The notes: generated by a model from the letters alone, not told the origin. Shown: positions 38,031 through 50,049, counted from the first letter of the stretch. The stretch is 64,000 nt of DNA from Octopus sinensis (GCF_006345805.1 NC_043008.1:74896001-74960000), one strand, 5' to 3'. Translations and numbers: made by a program.

Positions 38031-38810
38031 CCTTATATAATAATGGCTTTTTATTGAAAATAACCGGTCAACCAAAATATTGTAGAGGAGTAACAATATA
38101 TACTGAGCCAATGAGGAAGCATGCTATTAAAAAGCTATTAAAAACATGCTATTAAAAAGCAAGTCATCTTTCCTCAAATGGCACTCCTTGTTAAGATAAT
38201 TTGGTAGGGAAACATTGTTGGAATAATAAACTACAGGATAAATATGGCTGGAATATCATTGATTACAGGCTTGTTTGATAAGGACTGACCTACAGATTAA
38301 CAACAATCTACTTCAGAATAACCAGCAAGTTGAGCAGCAAAGCTACAGATGCAATAGAAAAAGCTGATGTTATATAAGTGGAAGCAAATGTGGAGAATAG
38401 ACTCTTGGGTGGTTCTGAAAGGATGGAACCTTGCTGCATTAAACAGCCACTAAGTTGTAAAATTGGTTAGATGATTATGTTCTGAAAATAGTTCCTTGGT
38501 TGATGACTTTCTTCTGAAAATAGTCCCAGGGTCTCTTCAAATTTCTTCACCAAATTTTTTTAAATTTCTGTTTTAAGGAGTAATATGTAGTTTAAGGAGA
38601 TTAGAAACCTTGAGGATCTTAAATATTATTCATTATGTGTATTGAACAACTGACAGTGTCAGTAAGATGTGACCTCATTATCTTGTGTAGATACATGTAG
38701 ATACTGTGTGTAAATATATAAATATATATAGTTATTTTTTGGCCATATGATGACACTCATGCTTTTCCAGGACTATCTGATCCTTCCTATTTTTCTCTTT
38801 CCTAGACTTC

Positions 38811-38846
38811 CTCTATCTGATGAAGACCCATGCTTGAAACATCATT
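38811..38846 (+). ncRNA. Degenerate minimal hammerhead-like motif
   Basis: CTGATGA-A-GACC cat GCTT-GAAA-CA-TC, about 95 nt before a TA end. Stems are weak. Confidence 0.35.
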
Positions 38847-38943
38847 TCTACTCCTATTTTTCCAGTCTATTATATTCACTGTGTTCGTCCAATTGACTTT
38901 CCTTATTTTCTTTCTTGTTTCTTTGTTCTTGGATTTGTATATA

Positions 38944-40191
38944 CAGAGTGTGTATGTATTTGAGAACATACCTGTTTTGGGTAATTGCTGCATTTTTTGC
39001 TAACTCTATATAATCTTTGTTTCAGAAAATAATAATGGCAGACCCTCAAGAAATTAAGGGGCATGTTGTTATTTTAGTTATAAAGGCTGAGCATAGAGAT
39101 TTACAAATATTTCGATTTTAAAAGTTGCCAGATCTTTCGTCTACAAAGTTTGTAAGGAGCTAGAGATAAAAGATGGAAACGTATCACCAGTGTCAAAGCA
39201 TAAAAGACATTCTGAATTCTCTGAAATCATCAGAACACCTGGATTTATTCAGCAAGTTCAACAGACCATTGATTACAATCCCAGAAAGTTCATGAGGTCA
39301 ATTGCAAAAGATCTCCAACAGTCAGAAGGAACAGTCAGAAATGTTGTCCATGAAGACATCAGATATAAGTCTTATATGATGAAGAAGGGTCAGTTTGTCT
39401 GAAAAAGCAAAAGAAGATCACTACTTCAGATCTAAAAAATTCTTAAACAAATTGAAAAATCCAGCAGAAGAATTGATTTGATTTTTCTCAAATGAGAAAA
39501 GCTTCAACTAAGATCAAAAAGTTAACAGAACAAATGACACATGGTTTTGCAGACCCTTCTGAAGTTCCAAGCATTATGCATACAAAATTTGCTGCAACTA
39601 TCATGGTTTTAGGGGTTGTCGGCAATGAAGGACATGTGATGTCTCCTTACTTTTTTCCACAAGGCCTTGGAGTTAATTCTACTGCTGAGATTGATGTCTT
39701 GGAAATAATTGTTAAGCTCTGGATAGACAGTGTGTGCAATGGATGGCCATATGTGTTTCAGTAAGACTCTGCACTATCACACATGGCTCTAGTAAAACAG
39801 GAATGGATGGTTGAAAATGTTTATGATCACATAACCCCTATCATTTGGCTTCTTAATTCCCCATATCTCAATCCATTGGACTATTACATGTAGAGCATTG
39901 TTGAGAGAGGTCTATAAATATGCCCATAACACCAAAGATTCTATGAAAGCTGCCATAGTCAGAGTAATATCCAAAATGAATGAGGACCACTTGATTCAAC
40001 CATATAGATGACTTAGATCTCATATAGAAGCAGTTGTTGAGGTTGAAGTTGGCTTTATTGGATAACATTATAGAAAAGTGGGTTTATTTTTATCCTCATA
40101 GCATTTTTTGATAAATAAAGTTATTATCTGTTATTATATATCTATTTTTTTTATATACATAAATATGTTCTCAAATATCTTATGCACCCTG
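38944..40191 (+). mobile_element. Tc1/mariner DD37D (maT-type) transposon, decayed; transposase 39035-40065
   Basis: TA-flanked TIRs (CAGAGTGTGTATGTATTTGAGAACATA / reverse complement CAGGGTGCATAAGATATTTGAGAACATA). FFSNEK, VFQ*DSA...NSPYLNPLDY with 37 residues between the 2nd and 3rd Asp. Several stops and frameshifts. Confidence 0.88.
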
Positions 40192-42410
40192 TATATATTG
40201 TATGTAGTCTACGGTGTGTAGATGTGTATAGCTATGCACAACTACAGTGTGGATGTGTATTGTTACTATGCAGATGTGTACTGCTACTGTGTAGATGCGT
40301 TTTGTTGATGTTTATTAATACTGTCTTCTTCTTGCCTGTCTGTATGTTGCTAGTAATGAAGAGTTAGGAACATAGCCTTGTTATACATATATTTCTGTAA
40401 TAAACATTATTAAGTTATTAATATTGTCTTGTCAACATTGTTGTTTTCTAGACAAACATTTTTACTGACGTTTACACATGTAGCTTTATGAGTGCCGTTT
40501 AGATTATATATACATTTCAGTTTTCTGATGATAAACAGTTATTAATGCTATGTAGCATTTTAATGTGTCAACTTTGGGTTCAGCATAACAGACCTGCTTC
40601 TGAACTATTTGTTTATTGAACTGTGTAAAGCACATACATGCTATATACATTTAGGTTCAGCAATTGTAAAATAATAGATATCATGTTTAAAGTGCAACTA
40701 GTGAATTCTAAAGTTATAGATAGGGTGTATTGTGTAGTGAGTTGGACCTTTCTTTAATTGCCATATGATATAGTGAACTTTTCTTTGTGTACTGTGTGTA
40801 GTGTTGAATTACCATGTTTGAAATAGGGCTGTTATATTTAAACAAATTAACAATGTTACTTTCCTTGAAGTCTTGGTCTTTGTGCTTTATATAGGTCATA
40901 TGTTGTTGCATAATTATCTTTGAAACTGTTGTGTATGGAAGAAAGAAGAAGCTATAGCTATGGATCAGTATTTTGAACTGGGTACATTACATTATATAGC
41001 TGAGTGAGTAAATTGTGGTTTTATTGAGAGTTGGGTGCATGACATTATGTTGCTGGATACGTCATAGCATATTTGTGGTTTGGTACGTTATATTATATAG
41101 CTGGGTACATTATAATTATAGTCGATATGTTATATTTAGAGCTAGATATATAACTGAATACATCATATCTGAAGCTGGGTATTTTGTTATAAATCTGGGT
41201 ACTTTATATAGCTGGATGCATAATATTTATAGGTGGGTACTTTATGTTAGTAACTGTGGTAATTATTTAGTGATAACTTCAGACTACAGCCATCATAACT
41301 CACCTTGGATGGTGAAAAATGTTTAAAAAATGAGATTGCTACTTTTGAAGAGATCAGTGCTACTTGTGACAATATATAATGATGATGTTTATGATGATAA
41401 CAAGGATGAGGAGAAGAATAATGATTGATATTGATTATTAAAAATGATGGACTGATATTTAACTGTTTATTGAACAGCCTCTTCTTCCTGCTCCTTCCCA
41501 TCCTCATCCATTTAGTTCCATTGTTTTATTTCTACAAACAGATCTTTCTCATCCACCTATATGTTCCATTAACAGATATTAAACCCTGAATTTATTGCCA
41601 TAATTCATCTGCTTTATGACTCCAACTTCTCGATATATCAACTGTCGACATTGTCTCACTGTGTTGTTGGCTTTCTCGTTGTTATGTATATATTTATAGA
41701 ATATCCTGTTGTTTTTCTCTCATAAGTTATCTCAGCATGATTTAATAGGCATCTCTTAGTTTTGCTTTTTGAAATCTCAGACTAGCAACAACACACAGAA
41801 ATGATGGCGCTTTTACTAGACATATTTTTTTCTCTCCTCTCTTCATATTACCATTTTTTAAAGATTTTAAACATTTTCTATGGATAAATCAAAATTTTCT
41901 TTCAGTATTTCTTTCTTCTTAACTTTCCACTTCCCTTGTAATCAATTTTACTCTGCTGGTAAGGGTTGGATAATTCTGCAAAATTTGGTATTGAAAAAAT
42001 ATATCAAACAAGATTTTGACATTCTCTTATTTTTGACTATTTCCTGTTGTGAGACTTTTGGAGAGGTACTCTGTATTGCTAATCACTGAGCCATTTTGGA
42101 GATTGATAATTAGATTTGCAGCCATGTCAGACAGAAATGGTGACAATTCTTGCTTCATTGGTTTCTTCTGTCTGTTATAGAAATGTCACAATAAACATTG
42201 TTTCCAGCCAAACCTTATAACAATGGTAAACCTGTAAACCTGAGAGAGAGACCATCCAAACAAAAGCATAAAAGTCTCTGAGTCGCTCATTCTCTTTTTC
42301 TTTAAACATATATATATAACCTATATATATATTTACATATTTGCTCTTTTACTCTTTTACTTGTTTCAGTCATTTGACTACGGCCATGCTGGAGCACCGC
42401 CTCAAGTCGA

Positions 42411-42572
42411 GGCGCAATGGCCCAGTGGTTAGGGCAGCGGACTCGCGGTCGCAGGATCGCGGTTTCGATTCTCAGACCGGGCGTTGTGTGTGTTTATTGA
42501 GCGAAAACACCTAAAAAAGCTCTACGAGGCTCCGGCAGGGGGTGGTGATCCCTGCTGTACTCTTTCACCACA
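42411..42572 (+). mobile_element. SINE family B 5' part with a well-preserved tRNA-like head
   Basis: GGCGCAATGGCCCAGTGGTTAGGGCAGCGGACTCGCGGTC...GGTTTCGATTCT (A and B boxes), CpG-rich, flanked by SINE A tail pieces. Confidence 0.8.
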
Positions 42573-42686
42573 ATGGCGGTGCCCCAGCATGGCCACAGCT
42601 CAAGAGCTGAAACTGGAAAAAACAAAAACAAACAAAACAAACAAACAAACATATATATATATATGTATGTATGTATATTGTATATA

Positions 42687-42858
42687 GGCGCAGGAGTGGC
42701 TGTGTGGTAAGTAGCTTGCTAACAAACCACATGGTTCCGGGTTCAGTCCCACTGCGTGGCATCTTGGGCAAGTGTCTTCTGCTATAGCCCCGGGGCCGAC
42801 CAATGCCTTGTGAGTGGAATTGGTAGACGGAAACTGAAAGAAGCCTGTCGTATATATG

Positions 42859-42889
<31 letters not shown>

Positions 42890-43084
42890 TTGTCCCCCTA
42901 ACATTGCTTGACAACCGATGCTGGTGTGTTTACGTCCCCGTTACTTAGCGGTTCGGCAAAAGAGACCGATAGAATAAGTACTGGGCTTACAAAGAATAAG
43001 TCCCGGGTTCAATTTGATCGACTTGAGGCGGTGCTCCAGCATGGCCGTAGTCAAATGACTGAAACAAGTAAAAGAGTAAAAGAG
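42687..43084 (+). mobile_element. SINE family A, full length, young
   Basis: Complete consensus ending (GTAAAAGA)2. Confidence 0.93.
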
Positions 43085-43111
43085 CAAATATGTAAATATA
43101 TATATAGGTTA

Positions 43112-43472
43112 TACTCTTTCCTTTACTTGTTTCAGTCATTTGACTGCAGCCATGCTGGAGCACCACTTTAAAGGATTTTAGTCAAACACATCGATCACAG
43201 GACTTATTCTTTGTAATTGTAGTATTTATTCTATTGGTCTCTTTTGCTGAATCGCAAAGTTATGGGGATGTAAAGACATCAACATTGGTTGTCAAGTGAT
43301 GGTGATGCAGACAAATACTCGTTTAATTTTCCATCTACCAAATCCACTCACAAGGTTTGGGTCAGCCTGAGGTTATAGTAGAAGACTCTTGCCCAAGGTG
43401 CCACGCAATGGGACTGAACCTAGACACATGTGGTTGGGAAGCATGCATCTTACCACACAGTCATACCTATGC
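43112..43472 (-). mobile_element. SINE family A, tail-to-tail with the previous copy
   Basis: Reverse complement of the family A consensus. Confidence 0.88.
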
Positions 43473-43552
43473 TTATATATATATATGTATGATGTATATC
43501 ATATTCTATATATTATCTGTGTGTGTGTGTGTGAATACATCTATATATATAT

Positions 43553-44170
43553 ATGGGATGAGATGGTCAAGCATGACCTTCGAACGTTGGGCCTCACAGA
43601 GGCAATGACGAAAGACCGAGATCTCTGGAGATATGCTGTGACTGCGAAGACCAAACAAATAACTGGAGTTCTTGGCTGTTTCCTGCCCCAACTTCTCATA
43701 GCAGCACCAGCCCATCCAAAGTAACTTGGATCGCAGAATGGCCTGCTGTGCTTACCTTGGATCATTGGGCAACCTGCTGTGCATCAGGAGACCTATTGGG
43801 TCAATACATCAATATCAAATAAAAATCAAATTGAAATTGTAGTTGGATATATGTGCTGGTGGCACGTAAAAAGCACCATCTGAATGTAGCCGATGCCAGC
43901 GCTGCCTTGACTTGCTTCCGTGCTAGTGGCACATAAAAATCCCCAACCAATCATGGCTGTTGCCAGGTTTATCCTGGCACCTGTGCTGGTGGCATGTAAA
44001 AAGCACCCACTACACTCATGGAGTGGTTGGTGTTAGGAAGGGCATCCAGCTGTAGAAACACTGCCAGATCAGACTGGAGCCTGGTGCAGCCTCCTGGCTT
44101 CCCAGACCTGGTCGAACCGTCCAACCCATGCTAGCATGGAAAACAGATGTTTAACGGTGATGATGATGAT
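43553..44170 (+). mobile_element. RTE LINE 3' fragment
   Basis: WDEMVKHDLRTLGLTEAMTKDRDLWRYAV, 3'UTR subrepeats, (GAT)n tail. Confidence 0.9.
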
Positions 44171-44524
44171 ATATAATATTATATTATGTTATGTGTTTTA
44201 TCATTTACTTGTTTTAAACATTGTTTCCTGCTAAACACTATAAAAATGGTAAACCTGTAAACCTGAGAGAGAGCCCATCCAACTACTTCCATTAGAAACT
44301 TAGTGAATAAAATTCGTAAAAAAATGTAGATTACTTTACGACACAAGGTTTAATCTTGCTAGTTCAAGTTTAATCCTGCTAGCGTTGAATGACTATCGAC
44401 TGCTGTTTCCAGCAAAAATTGGTATCTTTTGCCACTATTTCCTATTTATATTTCTACCTTTACTGTAATAATATTACTTTATTTTGCTGTAAAGTAATAT
44501 TATTGTAATGTAATAATATTTATA

Positions 44525-44562
<38 letters not shown>

Positions 44563-44663
44563 ATAAGATTAGCTCGTATACTAGTGGGTATATATTTGTA
44601 AAAAATGAAGTTCGAAAATGCTGCTATATTAGACAAATTTTTAATTTTTATATATACATTATT

Positions 44664-44710
44664 TATTTAACATGTTTCGGTTCTTGAAATGATGAACCTT
44701 ATCAAAAAAA
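44664..44710 (-). ncRNA. Minimal type I hammerhead-like motif with U3-A8 core variant
   Basis: Minus strand: TTTTT-TTGATAA-GGTTC atcatttcaa GAACC-GAAA-CATG-T-T-AAATA. Palindromic stem III ACATGT. Confidence 0.55.
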
Positions 44711-45037
44711 GTTATATATAAAAAAGATAGTTCATGCTATCAAATATAAAAAATTCATTTATAATATACAATAGAGTCAGACATCAAAAGTTCATATATA
44801 GTGAAGTGAGTTCATGCTATATGTTTAAAGAGTATGATGCAGTGGTTCATAGTGGTGATATGCATTCAATATAAAAAATAGTTCATAGTGGTGATGTGCA
44901 GTCAATATAAAAAATTGATGTTCTTGAAAGAGTGAGGAATTCATTTTAGATTTTACCTTGAGCAACTGTGATGACTTTTGGTCGGTGTCCGCTGGACAGT
45001 TCTGGCGAACCTTGTGAATTGTTTGGGTTTTATATCA

Positions 45038-45390
45038 CCTGTTAGGTGGCCAGTCCAGTGGAACGTGACGTCATCAACGTTTTGACCAATCGTTTCGTTA
45101 GGTGGCTAGTCAAGCAGAACGGGACGTCATCAATATTCTGACCAATCCCTACCTATAGCTGTATTTGATCTGCCCCTTGTCTGTATCCTGTTAGGTGGCT
45201 AGTCAAGCAGAACGGGACGTCATCAATATTCTGACCAATCCCGACCTATAGCTGTATTAGATCTGCCCCTTGTCTGTTTCCTGTTAGGTGGCCAGTCCAG
45301 CGTAACGGGACGTCATCACTGTTTTGACCAATCATCCTGTTAGGTGGCCAGTCTAGCAGAACGAGACGTCATCAATGTGTTGACCAATCA
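45038..45390. repeat. Five tandem copies of a ~54-bp unit containing GACGTCA and CCAAT
   Basis: Units start near 45038, 45096, 45187, 45280 and 45336. GTTAGGTGGC..GTC...GACGTCATCA......TGACCAATC. Confidence 0.88.
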
Positions 45391-45603
45391 GAGTTGGGTC
45401 TGACCCTTAGCCCTATCGTATGTGGCCAGTCCATCAGGATTAGATCTGTTCGAAGAGATCTTTTTATAAATCTTTTTCCCTTTTCCCTAAGACATATTTC
45501 CGTCAGTGTGAGTGACTGTTTAAGGTAGCGGCCGTGGTGGAATTTTGCTTCTCCTTTTCGGAGGACCAATCTTTTGTTTTAATATTTTATATATATATGT
45601 TTA

Positions 45604-45640
<37 letters not shown>

Positions 45641-45747
45641 GAATATATATAAACGTGTATGCATGTGTATGTATATATATATATTCACCATGATAGATTG
45701 GTAACCACTACACACATTTTTTTCTCTCCTTATTCCTTTCTGTGCTC

Positions 45748-45783
45748 CTTTCTGTGGAAGAGTGTAGGCTCGAAATGTTAAAG
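45748..45783 (+). ncRNA. Minimal type I hammerhead-like motif, A6U core variant
   Basis: CTTT-CTGTGGA-A-GAGT gtag GCTC-GAAA-TG-T-T-AAAG, about 90 nt upstream of (TA)n. Confidence 0.5.
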
Positions 45784-46094
45784 ACTTTTTCAATTCCCGA
45801 GCGTTATACTAATACATCTGTTTGTTTTACACCACCTGTGTTTGTCTTTTGTTTTTTCGTGAATTATCCCTATATATATATATATATATTTCCTCGTCTA
45901 GGCTTATAGGCCCTCATTATTTGTTTTCCTGTCCTGCTACTATTCCTTCTTGTACTATATTTTTTGTAATTTTATTTTTATTTTTTGTATTTGTTTTTAA
46001 TTGTATTGTTTTTACGTCCTGTTTTTGTCACATTTTTTTCTTTGTTTTTACCCCTCTGCAAAGGAATTTTATTTAATTCTTTCGCAGGAAGGAT

Positions 46095-46169
46095 TAGTTC
46101 GACGAGACGTGTTCTGTCCTCACCTTCGAAACACGCTGGAGTTGAACTAGGGACAGCTGATGAAGGGGA
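46095..46169 (+). ncRNA. Hammerhead-like motif with intact core and non-canonical strand order
   Basis: CGTG-T-T-CTGTCC t cac CTTC-GAAA-CACG ctggagttgaactag GGACAG-CTGATGA-A-GGGG, plus an extra helix TAGTTCGAC/GTTGAACTA. Confidence 0.7.
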
Positions 46170-47044
46170 TTTTTCCTTGTGTAGTTGTCTTGTACTCTGT
46201 TTTTTCATTATTAAAAAAATGGTCCATTCCATGCTGTTTTTACTTTTTCGTTTCTCGTTGAGTTCTACGTCTATTTGTGGTGTCCTGTACACACATATAT
46301 ATATTTATATATGCATGTATATATACATGTAGATGTAGGTACGTACATATATGTTTGTATGTATGCATATATTTTATTTATTACACTATTGTATGACTGA
46401 GCACCCTCGCGTCGATTCGATTTGATTTGTTTCATTTCGTTTCTTCTTCTCTAAGCTGGTTTATATATATATAAACATTTATACTCACACTTACATGCAT
46501 ACATTACCTAATACTCATATATGTAAATATATATATATATACACACACATATTACATATACGTATGTGTGTGTGCTTGTAGTCAGCCACTTCTACATGTC
46601 AGAGATCCTGATATGAGTTGGTGTCACTTGGACATGCATACATTAACACTCATGCATGCACATGTAGAAGCACCTCACTTCTATTTGTTGATTATCTGTG
46701 ACAAGTGAAAAATGCAGTGTTTTAGACAACTGTGCTTCTTGAGGGAGAAAAGATACAAGGCTGTAATACTTGATCCCTTGAGTGGTAAATTTACATAGCC
46801 TTGAATCTTCACTGTCCTTCCTAATCATTCTCTGACTTTCTCACTTTCTCTTTCTCTCTCACTAGCCCTTCATACTACTATTTCCCTTTCACTTGTATTA
46901 TTCCCTTCCCCAACACTATTACTCTTTTACTCTCTCCTTTATTACTCTTTCATAACAATAAACCTGTTCCTTCTATCATGATTTAATTTCCTCTCCATCT
47001 TCTTGCTCATTATCATCATCATCATCATCATTGTTCTTTCTACT

Positions 47045-47238
47045 ATAGGCTCAAGGCCTGAAATTTTAGAGAAAGAATCCCTGAATTACATTGACCCTAG
47101 TGCATAGATGGTATTCATTTCATTAACACTGAAAGGATGAAGGGCAGAATCAACCTTTGCAGAACTGGAACTCAGAATGTGGAAACTGGCAATATGCCAC
47201 TAAGCATCTCATCTGGTGTGTTAATAATTCTGCATTAC

Positions 47239-47240
<2 letters not shown>
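47045..47240 (-). mobile_element. SINE family C, decayed
   Basis: AAGGCCTGAAATTTT...GAAAGGATGAAGGGCAGAATCAACC...GAACTCAGAA...CACTAAGCAT. Confidence 0.7.
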
Positions 47241-47281
<41 letters not shown>

Positions 47282-49318
47282 TAATATCATAATGAAGGCA
47301 ATTCACGTCATGAGAGTCATCATCAGTGTCATCATCATCATCATCATCATTGTTCAGCAGAAAACCTCTCCCACTATATCAGCTTCCATTATCTGCCGTA
47401 GGTTAAGCGATTAATCCTGCTCATTGTTATGAGTTCCGATTCCAAGGTGGAATTTAAACTCTCGATAAAAAGCAATTGAACAAACAACTTCCAATGGACA
47501 TCTCATCCTATGCACTAACAATTCTGCATATCAGTTGTCCTGAGCTGCAACTTTATTTGTTGATTATCTGTGACAAGTGAAAAATGCAGTGTTTTAGACA
47601 ACTGTCCTTCTTGTTTTAAAAATTATCATTCTAAATAAACTGTTTTAAAAAAAATTTCCTTTGACTTAAAAGCAGTACAAAATTCGAAGATAGCTAAGTT
47701 ATATGTATTTTTTCAATGTTCGAGTTAACTCGTTTAAATCCAAATGAGTAAAAGTACATTTTAATTTCTATAATAAAAAATAAAAGAAACAAGATGAAAA
47801 ACTTTTTTTTTTTGTAATTAACACAGTGTATGTAATTAAAAAAGGAAATAAAAGACTATGCTCTGAAATGAAACGCCTTGTCAAAATAATTGATCCATTA
47901 AGGGGTTAAAAGGTTAAAAAGCATAGTTTAAACTTGGTGGTATTTGAAGAAGGGACACAAAGAGCATGAGTAAATATTGCAAGGCTTTCCTTCTGATGCT
48001 TTCACCACTTCGATTTTTCACAATCTCGGGGTAGAATATACAGTATTAAATTAACCCCAGTATTCAACTAGCACTTTGTGTTATCAACCCCATGAAGATG
48101 AAAAGTAAGTTTTATCTTGCAGCTCAAATGGTTCTTGAAGAATTTGATAAGGTCTTCTTCATCAGCCCTTTTAACCTAAATCTGACATTGGTATATTGGT
48201 ACTGCGGGTTATTTAATATTTTTCTCATATTTACATAGTGACATACATCCTAACAGTTATGTCTGTAGATTACTCATTTGTATTTCAGGTTTAATCGATG
48301 ATGGTAGTGTGGATGAGATTAGGTTAATTTCACAGATTAACATGGATATAGATTAATGGTGGGGGTGCACATAATATGCAAAAATACACACACATATAGA
48401 TGTACACTAACATGTGAACACACACAAATGCACATATGCACACACAAACACCCACATAATTTGTGTGTTAATAAATTTCTCCAATTGTGTTAATCCTGCC
48501 ATCAATTATATGAAATAATAATGATAATAATGATGATGATAATAATAATAATGATAATAATTATTATTATTATAATAATAATAATAAATAATGATAACAA
48601 TAATAATAATCAATGCTCTGATGCAGTTCCAGGCATTGGCTCTCATGGCTTCTGATCTTAACTGATTGGAAATGTTATCATGTATATGTTTTGTTTTGAT
48701 ACAAAAGATGGGCTACAGCAAATGTTCTGCTCAATATCACAGATTTGTTTATCATTTGTTTGACCATAATCAGTTGAGCACGCCCTTTGGTGGCTGATGA
48801 TATGTACATCTCTGATCATGAGCAGAAATAGTGGAGGAGCATCATAGCCATTTGTTAAGAGGAATTCTCTGGCTTCTGAATAATTCACCTCTGGAAACAT
48901 TGCTGTTTTGTTCAACACCCTTAAACAATCCTTATTCAGGGACCTTTTGAGCAGGATGGACTACTTGACCTGAAGAAAATTCTAACTGAGCCCCACTTGC
49001 AAGGTCATGGACTATTTATCTTGATATGAAATCACCATGTCACACATATAGTTGTGGTGCATGTTCCTGGTGTATCCTTATCAGACAGGTAGTCATGATG
49101 GGTATACTGGGCTTCGTATGTTTTACCCTAGTGTCACTTTGGTGGCATGTGTTGCTCTCCCACTCAATAATAATAATAATAATAATTGTATGCAGTACAA
49201 CAAAAATATTGTATGATGATAATTTTTTTTTAGATAAACAGCTGGTATGTAAGGTGAGCTGGCAGAATTGTTAGAACACAAGAATAAAATGCCATGCAGA
49301 TTCTTTAATGTCACCTAG

Positions 49319-50049
49319 AGAATAAGAATAGGATGGAAAAAGTTCAGAAAGGTCTCTCTATCTGAATGTAGGTATGATTGTATGATGCATGTGTATGAAC
49401 TGTGATTGTGTGTGGTAGGCCCTGATTGTGGAGGACATGCTAAGACTGGAGAGGAATGAGCTGGTATGCTCTGTTGGATGTGTGATGTCAGTGTACTTGT
49501 GTGACAGAGCATTGATGTATTGAGGAAGAATTTGGGTGTGAAAGGAATTATATGCAGTGTGAAAGAGAGGAGACTGTGCTTGTTTGGTCATGTGATGTGG
49601 ATGGATGAGGATAGTTGCATAAAGAAGTGCCAATCACTTGCAGTTGAGGGAAGTTGTGGAAGAGGGAGACCCAGGAAGTCTTTCAGGCAAAGTTTTGAAG
49701 GCAGATCTCAAAGCACCGAACCCTACAAAGGTGATGACAGAGGACTGAGATATATGGCATATTGCTGTACTTGAAAAGACCTTCCCACCACAACAAAATT
49801 GAGATCTTAAAACCAAGGTGTCTAACAAAAAACACTAGTGCCACTTAAAAAGCACCTGTGATGGTGCCACATAAAAAGAACCCAGTACACTCTATGGAGT
49901 GTGTGGCATTAGGAAGGGCATCCTCCTGTAGAAACCAGGCCAGAACATATGTGCAACCTGGTCTGACCCTGGCTTTACCAGTTCCTGTCAAGCCATCCAA
50001 ACCATGCCAGCATGGAAAACAAACACTAAATAATGATGATGATGATGAT
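49319..50049 (+). mobile_element. Older RTE LINE 3' fragment
   Basis: VKERRLCLFGHVMWMDEDSCIKKC...GRGRPRK, 3'UTR and (GAT)n tail. Confidence 0.85.

Noticed and set aside
42411-42486. Possible tRNA gene
   Set aside because: A and B boxes are present, but there is no proper acceptor stem and it runs straight into a SINE body also seen at 3766.
48610-49165. Probable interspersed repeat between (AAT)n tracts, with a short U2-like CCTGG.ACTGCA on the minus strand
   Set aside because: Single copy in the window and the similarity is too short to classify.
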